Made by a program: the position numbers and the translations under genes
Shown: positions 11,100 to 23,608 of the stretch, piece after piece
Numbering within the stretch: position 1 is the first letter of the stretch
Layout of the letters: every line of letters starts with the position of its first letter
Source: Chiloscyllium plagiosum
Taxonomy: Eukaryota
DNA: 64,000 nucleotides
Direction: 5' to 3'
Assembly: GCF_004010195.1 (NCBI RefSeq)
Contig: NC_057718.1
Location: 28,682,277-28,746,276 of the forward strand
Notes under the pieces: model-generated
Told to the model about the DNA's origin: nothing
The model's input: the letters and a program-made list of their open reading frames with translations, nothing else
Database searches by the model: none

Positions 11100-12400
11100 G
11101 CCACCAAACGCTTCATTTGAATCTCGATAACACATCGGCAATCCCATCTTCGCGACCTGCCACATGCCCAGTTGTCAAATTGAATGGCTGCAACACCAAG
11201 CTCCATCTAAACTGTCTGGCATTTTTGCCCTTAAATTTTTCCACAAATGTCAATGGGTTGTGATCAGTATATACGATTGTCTCAGACGCATTGCTGGTAA
11301 TATAAACACTGAACTATTGCAAGGTCAACACCATACTTAAAGTCTCTTTCTCCACTGTTGAATATTTCTGTTGATGAATGTTCAACTTCCTGGAAAAATA
11401 CCCGATGGGTCTTTCTATTCTCTCATCATCATCCTGCAGGAACACTGCACCAACACCCACATCACTGGCATCAATAGCCACCTTGAAAGCTTTGTGTAAT
11501 CCGATGTGGCTGATACAGGGGTAGTGGTTAACACAGCTTTAAAGCTGTCAAATGCCTTTTGACATCCTCTGTCCACTGAAACTTCTTGCACTTTTTTAAC
11601 AATTCGGTGAGTGGAGCAGCCACACTGCTAAAGTTCGGCACAAACTTTTGGCAAAATCCATTCATTCCCAGGAACCATAGTACTGCTTTTTCCATTAACG
11701 GTGTGGGAAATTCCCCAATTAGTTTTGTTTTTGCATCTCGTGGGGCCATTTGTCCATATCCGATAGCATGGCCCAGGAAGGCAACTTGGGCTTTGGCAAA
11801 TTCACTTTTAGCTAAGTTTACCACCAAGCCTGCCTTCTAAAGTCGATCGAACAAGTCTGATAAATGCTGTAAATGTTCCTTCCATAAGTCACTAAAAATC
11901 ACTAGGTCATCAATATACACCACACAGTTGGGTAACCCGGCAATGACCTTATTAGTCAGTCTCTGAAATGTGGCTGGAGCATTTTTCATACCAAACTTTG
12001 ACTTTGAACTGATATAGTTCATTTGGTGTTACGAAAGCTGGAATTGCCTTTGCTCTCTCTAACATAGGTACTTGCCAGTATCCTCTGAGCAAGTTCAACT
12101 TAGAAATGTGAGTTGCTTGTCCCACTTTTTCAACACATTCCTCCAACCATGGAATTGGATATGCATCAGTCTTTGTAACGGTGTTGGCTTTGCGATAGTC
12201 CACAAATAACCATTGGGTACCATCTGGCTTTGGCACCATGACTATGGGTGAGCTCCAGACACTGTAACTCACTTCGATTATGCCATCTTGCAGCATACGC
12301 TCTATCTCCTTCTGAACCTGTGCCAACTTAAGAGGGTTATGCCTATAAGGATGTTGCTTAATTGGAACAGCATCTCCTATATCCACATCATGCACAATTA
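11100..12400 (-). pseudogene. Gypsy reverse transcriptase and RNase H remnant
   Basis: PIKQHPYR, WSSPIVMVPKPDG, VDYRK, GYWQVP, FGMKNAPATFQR, YIDD, FLGH (ORFs 11952..12662, 11837..12022, 11528..11827). Confidence 0.9.
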
Positions 12401-12899
12401 GGTTAGTACTCCCCAGTTTATTTCTGCATATCTCCCCATGTGATAGTAATAACTCTTTCAGGGCATTTTGATTTTCTTGTGGAAGGTAACTCAATAATGT
12501 ATCCCAATTTTTGACAACTTCCTTATTGTCCAATTTGATTTGAGGAATGTCCAATTCAGAATCCTCTGAACTTGGTTCTTCCTCCTGTGCTGTAATCATT
12601 AACACCTTCCCCTCTTGCTTTCCTTCCCTATCAAATACCTTTTGAGCATATTCACACGACACACTTTGTGAGATTTCTTCCTGTCTGGAGTCCTTATCAA
12701 GTAGTTCAATTTCTTCTCAATTTCTTCTCTCACTAAACCTTGCTTTTAAAAGCTCACCTGTTACTGGAAGTAACACCAATATCTTATGTCCAATTGCAAA
12801 ATTGCAAATTTGTCATTTGTTATCCGCTTCCTGTTTCATTGTATGCTGTGATACTTTTAAATGCTGTCTAGCTAACTCTCCAGCTCTATGTTGACACAG

Positions 12900-13620
12900 A
12901 GACCAAATGAGTGGTCTCTGAATTCTGACTTACTAATTTCTCTTTAATCAGTTTTAGTGGTCCTTTTACTGCACACCCCAAAATTAATTAAAATGGACTG
13001 AATTTGGTCGATTCATTTGGTGCGCCTCTGATTGCAAAAAGTAAACCCTTATCCTAATCATCTGGATAATCCTGACCATAAGCCCTTAACATGGTCTTCA
13101 GTGTTTGATGCCATCTCTCTAGCGCTCCCTGGGATTCCGGATGGTATGCAGTAGATTTGAATTGCTTTATTCCCAAGTTATCCATAACCTCCTTGAATAG
13201 TTTGGATGTGAAGTTAGATCCTTGTTCTGACTGGATTTCTATTGGTAGCCCATATCCAGTAAAAAAATTAAGTAATTCTTTTACAACCCTTTTAGCTGTG
13301 ATTTTGCGTAATAGGATTGCCTCTGGAAATCTAGTTGACACATTATTATTGTTAATAAATACTTATTCCCACTTTTTGTTTGAGGTAGGGGGCCTACACA
13401 ATCAATCAAGACTCTTGTGAAGATTTCCTTAAATGCTGGAATAGGTATTAAAGGTGCAGGTTTTATTACTGCCTGTGGTTTTCCGATTAGCTTACATGTA
13501 TGACACATCTGGCAAAATTCAACTACATCCTTGTGTTCCAGGCCAGTAAAAATGTCTTTGTATCATAGCCTGTGTTTTTCTCACCCCTAAATGTGCCACT
13601 CGCAGCACCTCCTTTTTATA
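12900..13620 (-). pseudogene. Gypsy integrase remnant, located upstream of RT
   Basis: HLGVRKT...HFYWPG, CHTC zinc-binding motif, DCVGPLP, SEQGSNFTS, YHPESQGALERWH. Confidence 0.9.
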
Positions 13621-14049
13621 CCCCACTGGCAAAACAATTTGATGAATCGCTGCCCTTTTTTCATCTGCTTGAATGTGTGATGGTCTCCATTTCCTCAGTA
13701 AGACATCATTTGTTAAGTAATAACACACAAGAATGCATTCACTTTCTTTCTCTGTATATGTCTTTTGATATAACTGTTTTAACTCCTCATCTTTTTGCTG
13801 TAATTCAATCAGCTTAGTAGAGCTAAAGATGCTTCCATGTTTACCTATTTGCTCCTTCTCTGTTGCACTTATCAGATCAAAGAAAGTTTTGGATAACACT
13901 ATGTCATCTTCCTTATGTGTGCCTTTTGATCTCTCCTGCTTTAACTTGTGCCTCTGTGATCTTGTGACACAATCCGGGAAAATTCCTGGATAAACAATTT
14001 CTGTGTCTTCAGTTGCCTGCATCTCCACTGGCTTTTCAACTAGAGTAGG

Positions 14050-15740
14050 CAGCACGCCTACTGGTGAATCAGCTATATCATTGCAAGGACAAATTGTATT
14101 CCTGGAGCAGAGAGTTTGTCCAGTACTCCTACCACAAATTCTCCTCTCTATGGACTCTTTAGCCTCACTTTACATAACTGAGCACTTTTTGTCACACCAT
14201 AAATTCCTGTTACCAGTACCTTCTCTGGCAATAGTCCTTCAGGAGTACATATCTCCTCATCCTTCAGCATCACAGACTGAAAGGATCCTGTGTCCCTTAA
14301 CATTGTAACCTGTTTCCCTGCTACTCCTGGCCTATGTGAATAAACTTTACCCTCGCATGTATATTTTTTTAAGCAGAGCTGGCACTTCCTTCTTCACCAT
14401 CTTCTGATCATCTTGTACACACTGAGGCAGTTGTCTAACCTCCCTTGTGCTTTTTGTTACTAGTCCAGCAAAACTCCCAGGCTTGTCTGGTTTTCCTACA
14501 TCTGGCTTTCTCCTATCCCAACAACACTGTGATTTTTGTGGCCCACTTTATTACAATGAAAATACTGGAGTTTTTAACTTTTTTGTCCCCCTCAAGGGTT
14601 TCTTTTTTACCTTGTGGTAAATTATCCTTATCATCTTCACTGAGATCTACATTTCCCTTTCCACATGAGGATTTCTCTTTGCCCCAATTTCTATCCCTCA
14701 TGGACTGAAATTGATTCTGGACGCCAAACCGTGTTTTATGGACCAGCTCATAATCATCAGCCACTTCAGCTGCTAACCTTGCTGTTTTAACTCTGCTCTT
14801 CTACATGAGTTCACACTACAGGCAGTGAATTTTTGAATTCCTCCCAAATAGTTACCTCCCTAAGGGCATCATAGGTTTGCTCGATTTTTAAAGCTCTTAT
14901 CCATCTATCGAAATTGCTCTGTTTGATCCTTTCAAGCTCAACATAGGTTTGACCAGGATCCCTCCTTAGATTCCTGAAATGTTGTCCAAAGGCTTCTGGT
15001 ACAAGTCATATGCACTTAAAATGGCTTTTTTCACTTCCTCAGACTCCCCAGATACCTCCTCTGATAGGGATGCAAATGCCTCACTAGCCCTACTTACCAG
15101 TTTTGTTTAGGTCAACAAAACCCATGTTGCCACTGACCACTGCATTTGTTTAGCCACCTTTTCAAATGAGATGAAAAGGCTTCCACATCCTTCTCATCAA
15201 CTTTAGGCAATGCTTGAACATCCTAAAACAGTTTCTCACTAGGCTTCTGACTACCAGGGACTTGCTCATCCTCAGTCTCTTCCTCACTGAGCCTACCCTC
15301 AGCCTTTGTCTCCTGACTTTCTTTTTTATGTGTCAGTTTTTGAAGTTCAAACCATCTTTTTCTTACTCTGCTCTATCTTTTTCCCTCTCTTCTGCTGCTC
15401 TCTCTTTTTCTCTCTGTTCTACTGCTTTCTCTTTCCCCCTCTCTTCTGCGTTTAAGCGTAACTCAAACTGTTTCATTTCTGCTGCCCTTTCCTTATCTCT
15501 CGCCTCTAACTCAAGCTGCTTCATGTGCAATTGAATTCTCGCCATCTCTATAGATTCTGATGGTTTGTCAAGCAAGTTTAAATGCTGAGCTGTTGCTGTA
15601 AATATCTCTCCTTTCCTCACAGAAGCAGGCAGTTCCAATTCCAGCTTCTCTGCTAATTTTTCAACTTGGTCTTATCAACCCTTTGCAAAACTTCCAAATT
15701 CAAAACTTCCAGAAAACGTTTGGCGACTGAAAGAACCATT
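14050..15740 (-). pseudogene. Gypsy gag and protease remnants
   Basis: Coiled-coil gag N-terminus (ORF 15363..15638), ADDYELVHK, frameshifted CCHC-like FHCNKVGH near 14520-14570, protease motif LRDTGS near 14280-14305. Confidence 0.75.
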
Positions 15741-15818
15741 CCTATCCTAAGCTTTGTCTATCCAACCAAACCAACACCTGAAATAAAGACATTAGCACCT
15801 CCCACTTGCTGGTTAAAA

Positions 15819-15837
15819 TCCCACAAAGAGCCCTCAA
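15819..15837 (-). other. Degenerate primer-binding site, tRNA-Pro-like
   Basis: Minus strand TGAGGGCTCTTTGTGGGAT just inside the 5' LTR resembles the tRNA-Pro PBS TGGGGGCTCGTCCGGGAT. Confidence 0.55.
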
Positions 15838-15839
15838 TC

Positions 15840-16410
15840 TGTTATGGACTAAGCCAGACCACTCAAAACATTCTTAATGTTTAGCTCAGACCATATCTTT
15901 GCAATTTCTTTTGGTAAGTGTACAGTGAAAATTATCTGGATTAAGTTAGCTAGGTTGAAGACTAGATATTAAAACAGGCAAAAATTTAATCACAAAATTA
16001 CACAATGAAACACAACAAACAGAATAGAGAACCCCTACAGAACTCAGCCAATCCAATTAGACTTAATTATGCTGTTCTGAATATACACAACAGTCTCAAT
16101 AAGCAAACTCTCTTTAAAAATCAATTGGAATGGAGCACATACTTATAGGTTGAAGTTGAAGGGCAGAAAGAGAGAGAGAGTTTCCACACAGTTCCCTGTT
16201 GAACTTCCAACCAGCTCAAGACTGAACTAAATTACTCAGCTCAGCTTTCTTTATACAGGTCACTTCTAAAACATGACCACTTTGGCCTGAAGTCTCATCT
16301 GTTTACACATATACAAAAGCCTCTGAAAATTCTTTTCATCTCTGTACTCCTCTGAAAAAAAATCAAGGATAGAGTATCCTTGAGCCAAAAAATGGACTAG
16401 CTTTGTGACA
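15840..16410 (-). repeat. 5' LTR (571 bp)
   Basis: TGT...ACA termini; homologous to 10196-10939. Confidence 0.9.
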
Positions 16411-16924
16411 CATGAGAACTACTGGCTAATCAGAAGCCAGCAGCTCTGTATTGCTGTCAGCATCACTGGAACAAAGCTCTGCACCCCATCTCACAGGAAC
16501 CTGCAAGCAAAGTCCCCCAAGGCATGCTTTTCAACATAGTGACTCACCCAGGCACTGCCTGATGCAGCAAGATGGTGCTCTTGAGTGGCTCATGCACAAA
16601 TCTTCTTGACTTGGATATAATCAAGTGGAGGATGAAAGGCACTGGGATCACCATCACACACACTCCTGTCAGATTAAATAGCTTTCTGGTGGGGAGCATT
16701 AAATTACACCATGGCATGTAATTTGTAATTTGTTAAAACAGAGACTGTAGCTTCAGAAAAGGAGCAGGAAAATGCATTAATATTGAACCTTGTCACACCT
16801 ACCGTAGTCTGGGTGCTGTTGTTAACCCAACAGATTTGTAAAATAATGAAACACCATTGATGATATGAAAAGAAAGAACTATTGTTTAAACTTCATTCTA
16901 GTTTTTTTTTGTTTATATTTACAG

Positions 16925-17114
16925 CTAAATAAAATTTTGACCCAAGGATTTGAGAATAAATTTTATAATCTTAGTCTGAAGTCATTCCCAGGTGGAGGTC
17001 CATCAGCTGAATATCGAGTGAATGTTTCTAGTGATACTCCTCATTGGTTTATTCAAGACTTCTTGATTCAAGTTGCTGAATACAACGAAGCTGATCCATC
17101 AGTTTCAGTAGAAG
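16925..17114 (+). CDS. Host gene exon B: C-terminal half of the SEA-like domain
   Basis: Strong acceptor ttttttttgtttatatttacag|, donor GAAG|gtacat; phase 0 to phase 1. Encodes LNKILTQGFENKFYNLSLKSFPGGGPSAEYRVNVSSDTPHWFIQDFLIQVAEYNEADPSVSVE. Confidence 0.85.
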
Positions 17115-18274
17115 GTACATTTTTGCCTGTTTGTAAAAATGAAAAGTCTTCTTTGTTTTTCTTTAATGGTATCAATGAATGTAAAAAAATTGGATGCTTC
17201 CTATCTGATAACATTGATTTTTCTTTCTCCACATTTAATCAATGAATCAAGTTAAACTGTAACAATGCGAGGTTATAAAACATTTTCCATACTTTTCATC
17301 CAGTTATCCAGGTCAGTCAATTAATGGATTTCCCTCTGTTTGTTCCTCCAAACTTGCTTTTCTAAATCATGGTCAGCAGCTTAGAAAGAATTTGCATTTA
17401 TATAGCTGATTTATATAGCTCATTTCACCTCTGACATACCAAATCCAACTGGGAGGGCTCAAGAAAGCTCTCTTTTACTGTCTTTACAGAAGTCAAGCAT
17501 CAAACATGTACACTGGACAAGTTCACATGTTCTTATTGGGATGGCTATTCTCCAGTCTCCTGACTCCTTATATTGCAGTGAAGGGAGTGCATGTGGGAAC
17601 CACTCATATAACGCAGTGTATTTTGGGGGCCAAGTTGGCAATTCAACTTTGATGTGTGGGAGAAGATTGATTTAATAAAAGGATTACAGTCGTCTAACAC
17701 CCAGAATTGTATAAATGTAGCAAAGACCAGTATGTTGAACAACACTCTGTCAGTCTGTCTCTTTAAATAATTATGAACAATCCCACTGGGGCACACAAAC
17801 AGCAGATTGCAAAAGCTGTCCTGCCTTAAAGAGGAAGATACTATTTGAGCAATGCAGATTTATGAAATAAAATATGGTGTGGACTATATAGATACAAATG
17901 AATAAGGGCAGTGAAAGGTTCCCAGGAAGAAAAAGAAGGTTGACTCTTTTACCGAGAGCATATTTGCTTCCACCTCCAACCAGATATGTGGGGAAGGACT
18001 GTGGATGTGGCGCGAGAACTGGTACCCCAAACTGCATCTGGGTGCTTGCTTCCAGGTGGTTGATTTGCCCCTCTTTCTGAATTTAATCAGGAAATTGGTG
18101 GCCAACTGGAAAATCCCAGTCAGCCTCCTTAATCCCTGCTATAATTATCAATCCTGTCAGTGTAGCTGATCTTCCTGGGTAGTGAAGCCACAGCAGCCAA
18201 AATGGTAAATGGTGGGGACTGGGTTGGAAAGTCAACACACCAGCCAGTCTCTCAATTTTCAGACCCTTGCTGAA

Positions 18275-18588
18275 TTAGATTAGATTACTTACAGTGTGGA
18301 AACAGGCCCTTCAGCCCAACAAGTCCACACCGCCCCGCCGAAGCGCAACCCACCCATTCCCCTACATTTACCCCTTTACCTAACACTACGGGCAATTTAG
18401 CGTGGCCAATTCACCTGACCTGCACATCTTTGGACTGTGGGAGGAAACCGGAGCACCTGGAGGAAACCCACGCAGACACGGGGAGAATGTGCAAACTCCA
18501 CACAGTCAGTCGCCTGAGACGGGAATTGAACCTGGGTCTCTGGCGCTGTGAGGCAGCAGTGCTAACCACTGTGCCACCGTGCCGTCCA
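18275..18588 (-). mobile_element. Full-length young HE1 SINE
   Basis: tRNA-derived head (A box TGGCACAGTGG, B box GGTTCAATTCC on the minus strand), V core and (AATCT)n tail; CpGs retained. Confidence 0.93.
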
Positions 18589-18659
18589 ATGGGGGATATT
18601 ATTTCTAATGTTTAAAACGTGTGTTGGCTGTAAAGCGATTACATCACCAACACTTTAAG

Positions 18660-18740
18660 CGCTGTTTCTAAAGCACAATTTTTCTATAACGCGGGGTTGC
18701 ACAAGAATGCAACCATTGTGTTCTAGAAGAACTGACTGTA
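18660..18740. mobile_element. Possible Tc1/mariner-type (Tigger/MER6-like) MITE end with internal hairpin
   Basis: TTCTATAAC...GGTTGCA-CAAGAA-TGCAACC...GTTCTAGAA stem-loop ending GAACTGACTG-TA. Confidence 0.4.
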
Positions 18741-19214
18741 TTAGCAAGGCCCAGAAATTCAGTCCAGCATTTCTCAAACTTGTAAATACATCACAAATCA
18801 GTTTCTGTATGCAGAGTATCATGTAGAAGAGAATCTTGCATCTCTCAGCTAGTACTATCATTTCTTCCTTCACACCTTTTACAAACTCACTCACAATAAT
18901 AACAAATTTTACAACTATATTTACATAAAAAAGCATTTTACTTAACTTAACCAAATATCTGACGTGTCCAGAAATCCATCAACAAAATTCAAAGTCTCCG
19001 AACCAAGCTACCAAGAAATCCAAACACATAGAATTTTGGTTTGCCCATTATTTGATGTGCTCTATCTCCTTTACAGACATGCCTTATTTTATGATCCAGA
19101 GGACCTTTAGCAATGGATGCCAAGAGGCAAAACTATTCAATCACTGGAGATAGAGCATTACTGGCATATAAGCAATCCACTGCATCTGTGCCTGTTCTTT
19201 GAATATGGAGTTGG

Positions 19215-19481
19215 ATGACCCTTTAGAACTGAGATGAGGAGCAATGTCTTCAGCCAGAGTGTGGTGAATCAGTGGAACTCATTGCCACAGATGGCTTTGG
19301 AAGGCCAAGTCATTGAGTGTATTAAAGACAGAGATAGATAGGTTCTTAATAGTGAAGGAATCAATAGTTATGGGGCGAAGACAGGAGAATGGAGTTGAGA
19401 AACATATCAGCCATGCTCAAATGACAGAGCAGACTTAATGGGCCAAATGGTCTCTTTCTGCTCCTAAATCTTATAGTCTTA
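19215..19481 (+). mobile_element. CR1 3' end fragment
   Basis: GAGATGAGGAGCAAT...GTGGTGAATCAGTGGAACTC...GGGCCAAATGG...CTTATAGTCTTA. Confidence 0.8.
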
Positions 19482-21934
19482 AGTACAATCCAATTCCATT
19501 TCCCTACATCTTCCCCAAAGCCTGTTAATTATTTATCTTTGTGTATTAATCAATATCCTTTGGAAAGTTATCACTGAATCTTCTGGTATCTTTTCAAGCA
19601 GCAATCCAGAGATCCAGTAACAACTTGCTACAAAAAAAATCTCATGTTGTCCCTAGTTCTTTTGCCACATGGCCTTGAATCTGTATCCTCAGGTTACAAA
19701 CTCTGATACCACAAAAAACAACTTACCCTTATTTACTCTATCAAAATGCTTCACAATTACTTCACAACACAAAAGCAAAGCGTTAGAAATCTGAAAAACA
19801 GTTTGAAAAGCTCAGCAGTTCGGGCTCAGCAGTGAAAATCAGAGGCTGTGTCCTAGTGAGACATGAATTGTTACATAAAATCTATTTGAATGCAACATGA
19901 AGAGATAAAGGAAGAACAAGGACAAAGTTCAACCCAGCAAAAGGACAGCTCACCACAACCACTTTCTTAAGGACAGTTAGGGAACGGCAGTAAATGCTTA
20001 CCTAACTAGCAACACTGAAATGCTGTGAACAACTGAGAAAAGAGAAACAAACAAAAGTACACAGGACAAAGATGAAATTAGAGGTTGTGATCCACAGTGA
20101 TTTATGATTATGACTTTCATCTTCTTTATCAAGTCTACTCTTAACCTCCTTTGCCATAAGGAGAATAATCAATTTCTCCAGTTTCTTCACATAAACGAAA
20201 TTCCTCATTCCCAATAATATGCAAGCAAATCTCTTCTACACCCCCTCTCAGGCTTTGCGATCCTTCCTAAACTATAGTGTCCAGAATTGAGCACTGAAGC
20301 TGAACTGGTGCATTACTTTCTTGTTTTCTTTACTGCGTAGTGAGGATTTTCATGGAGACTCTGGAAGCCTGGATCTGAAAGACCCAACCCCATTTGTAAC
20401 ATCTTCTGTATCACCAGAGGTAGTGGGGTTTGGGGAAGAAAAGGGGTGTGATGTAATTCACACATTCAGGGAAACCCAAATATAACTGGAGCATTGAAAC
20501 TAAATTAAAATTTAGGTCAAATTAAATGCAAAAAAGTGCTGAATTTAAACAGAGCCCATTTTTGCTGAAGGTTTATTTCCCACAGTGTGTGACTTATGAT
20601 TTTTAAGAAGAGGCATGAATACATATAAAAGATTATTAAGCCCTATGGAACTAAGTTAGTTGAATCTCCTGCCTGTTAAATTTGAATATAAATATCCTTC
20701 TATATATTGAAGTTAAAAAAAGTCAGCTTGCAGTTTCAATGGGTGTTTGTTAATCATAAGGCTGAGTGATATTATAACATTGTTATTGCTTGATTGCTTC
20801 CACAATCTCTCATTATCACAGTTGGAGAGACGGGAGAGACCAGTACGTTCATAGTTTGATTGCTAGCTCCAAAAGGATATTAGGAGATTCATTTATTTGA
20901 TATGTGGATATCAATAAAAGAAAGCATTCTTGGTCTTTAAAGGGTTTTTTGGTCTTTAAAACTCAATTAGAGTTTTCCTTTAATGGGAATACAGTGATTT
21001 CTTCAACAAATACTTGGAAATTTATTTTGCTTAGCATGGTCTCTAATATCTGGCAATGGTGGTTATTCGGTGAGTTGGCATGGAAGATAGATGGTCAAAT
21101 GGTGGTAGATGGGTCATTGATATGCATGAGTTTGCACTAAAGTTGGTTGGGGGCTCGAAGAGGTTATGGAGATAAATGAGGTCATAGCTTTGCATGGGAA
21201 GCATTTTGGGGCCATGGGGATGAGTAGAGGGGGATAGATTGACATTGAGGATATGAGAGGTCATGGGGGTGCATAGAGGCATGAATTGACATATGAAGCA
21301 GATGGGAGATGAGGGAATTTGAGGAGTGCAGGGTAGAAGTATTAACTACTTTCATTACAATTGGAACAAGGTCCCAGAACACTCGGGCAGGTCCTTAAAT
21401 CAGCCCAACTTGGTGCTGACTGCCTCTGAACTGTTTCTGAGGTGGTAGGCCCAACTCTGGCACGCACACACCCACAGGAATGAAATTCCAGCTGCTTGGG
21501 ACTATTTCCCCTTCCAAGCTGGCAATCTTCTTGATTCTGCATATCAGCTTCAGGAATGAAAATCTAGGTCCGTTCCTCTATTAAAGGAGCCAATAATTCC
21601 GTAGGCTGGTTAAAAAGCAGCTTTTTGAACTTATCCTGCTACTGTGAAAGTCTTGAGTATATGCACTAAAGGTATCCCTGTTTCTTCATTTAATTCATTT
21701 AGTTTAAGTTGTTTCACCGCAATTTTCCCTCGAAATTGTATCACTTCACACATGTCTACATTACTTCTAATCGAGAATAAGTGCCCATTTTTACCGTCTG
21801 CTACTGTCCCTTTATTTCTGTAGGCTTTAATTGTGTCTACATCTTTTTATACAATGCTTTGTCTCATCTCTCTGAAAGAACACAAAATATTTTTTGATTA
21901 CCATGAACTGCTTTGGTACAGTTGCTGCATTTAC

Positions 21935-22110
21935 CTGAAAAGTGACAGTAACTGCATTCTGCACAACAAGATCTTTAGAAAATTTAGAAGTAAGTTATTT
22001 ATTCTTTAGGTGATGTTGGATGAGAGGAGACCTTGATGTTGACCAAAAGCAAGGATAAAACTTACTACTTCTTTAAATTTTGCCATGAGGCAAGTTAATG
22101 TTAACTTAGC
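21935..22110 (-). mobile_element. Ancient Deu-domain SINE remnant (SacSINE1-like)
   Basis: TGCACAACAAGATC...TTTAGGTGATGTTGGATGAGAGG...CTTCTTTAAATTTTGCCATG resembles the reverse-complement Deu core, as recalled rather than aligned. Confidence 0.5.
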
Positions 22111-22160
22111 ATGGCTACACTTAATATTAAAACTATGTTGATTTTTCTTATGTTTTCCAG

Positions 22161-22283
22161 ATGTAAATGAATGTATCAGTGGTGAAGCGAACTGTCATGC
22201 TACTGCTCTGTGTGAGAACACCTACGGTGGCTTCAAGTGCATTTGTAATCGAAGTGCTGAAGTGGAATCCCAATTGTGCTACA
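22161..22283 (+). CDS. Host gene exon C: calcium-binding EGF-like domain
   Basis: Acceptor ttttcttatgttttccag|, donor A|gtagga; symmetric phase 1-1. Encodes (D)VNECISGEANCHATALCENTYGGFKCICNRSAEVESQLCY, with the D-x-N-E-C and C-x-N-x-x-G-x-F-x-C-x-C consensus and six cysteines. Confidence 0.92.
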
Positions 22284-22574
22284 GTAGGAACTTAATTTAT
22301 TCAAAGACAAGCAAGACAACATGTTATTTTTGATTAGAATCTGGGCTACACTGGCTAGCCCAGCATTTATTGGCCATCAGTAGTAAAGTGGTGACTTCTA
22401 AGCCAATGCTGCTACCTGCACACTGAGTTACCAGTCTACAGTATCTTGGGCTATGGGTGATTGCATCTAAACTGACCTTGAGGCTGCTTGCTTCTTGACA
22501 CTGAATAAGGCTGTTTGTGCTCAACTCCAGGCAGGCTGGAGAGGACCAAATAGAGTCAGCAATCAGGGATGAGT

Positions 22575-23482
22575 TCACACTTTACATAGATGATATGGAG
22601 TTGGGGACCACGTATAATGTGTCAATGTTTGCAGATGACATTAAGATGGGTGGTACAGCAAAGTGTGCAGAGGACTCTGAAAGTTTGCAAAGGTCTTAGA
22701 TAGTTTAAGTGAATGGGCAAAGATCTGGCAAATGGAGTACAATGTTAATCAATGTGAAGTAATCCATTTCGGTAGGAATAACAGTAAAAAGGACTATTAC
22801 TTAAATGGTAAGAAATTGCAGCATGCTGCTGTGTAGAGGGACCTGGATGCCCTTGTGTATGAATCGCAGAAGGTTGGTCTGGTTATGTTGCAGCTGTATA
22901 GGGTGCTGTGAGGCCACACCTGGAGTACTGTGTGCAGTTTTGGTCTCCTTACTTGAGAAAGGATGTACTGGCATGAGAAGAGGTGTGGAGAAGGTTCACT
23001 AGATTGATTCCAGAGTTGAGGGGGTTGGCTTATGAGGAGAGACTGAGTAGAGTGGGATTATATTCATTGGAATTTAGAAGAATAAGGGGGGATCTGAAGA
23101 AACATTTAAAATTAAGAAGGGAATAGGTAAGATAGAAGTAGAGAGGATATTTCCACTGGCGGGTGAAACTAGGACAAGAGGGCATAGCCTTAAAATTAGC
23201 GGAAGCAGATTTAGGACTGAATTGAGAAGGAACTTCTTTACCCAGAGGGTTGTGAATCTGTGGAATTCCCTGCCCAGGGAAGTGGTTGAGGCTTCCTCAG
23301 TAAATGTTTTTAAAGCTAAGATAGATATTTTTTTGAACAGCAAAGGAATTAAGGGTTATGTTGAGAGGGTGGGTAAGTGGAGTTTAGGCCATGAAAACAT
23401 CAGCCATGACCTCATTGAATGGCGGAGCAGGCTCAAAGGACCAGACGGCCTACTCCTGCTCCTGGTTCTAATATTCTTATAA
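22575..23482 (+). mobile_element. 5'-truncated CR1 LINE
   Basis: FADDIK motif (ORF 22517..22699), RRNFFTQRVVNLWNSLP C-terminus and 3' stem-loop tail. Confidence 0.9.
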
Positions 23483-23608
23483 CTTTATCAACTTGCACAG
23501 GGAGGAACAGGAGGGGCAGACAGGTGATGTAGGAGGCAATGGGCCTTTGCCCTGAGTTTGCAGCACTGCAGTTAAGCATGCAACTGGCTGTTTACTGAGT
23601 GAGCAAGA

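Larger units (their letters stand above)
10196..16410 (-). mobile_element. Full-length decayed Gypsy LTR retrotransposon, Gmr1-like (gag-PR-IN-RT-RH)
   Basis: Two LTRs starting TGTTATGGACTAAGCCAG; 4-bp TSD CATG (10192-10195, 16411-16414); PPT and PBS in the expected positions; fragmented pol domains. Confidence 0.93.

Noticed and set aside
10005..16710. Possible Harbinger-like MITE split by the Gypsy insertion (GGGTTGGAATTTAATG ... CATTAAATTACACC)
   Set aside because: The terminal inverted match is short and imperfect, so it cannot be supported without a repeat library.
16865..17245. 126-aa ORF as a stand-alone gene
   Set aside because: Only 16925-17114 is exon-like; the flanks are the polypyrimidine tract and intron.
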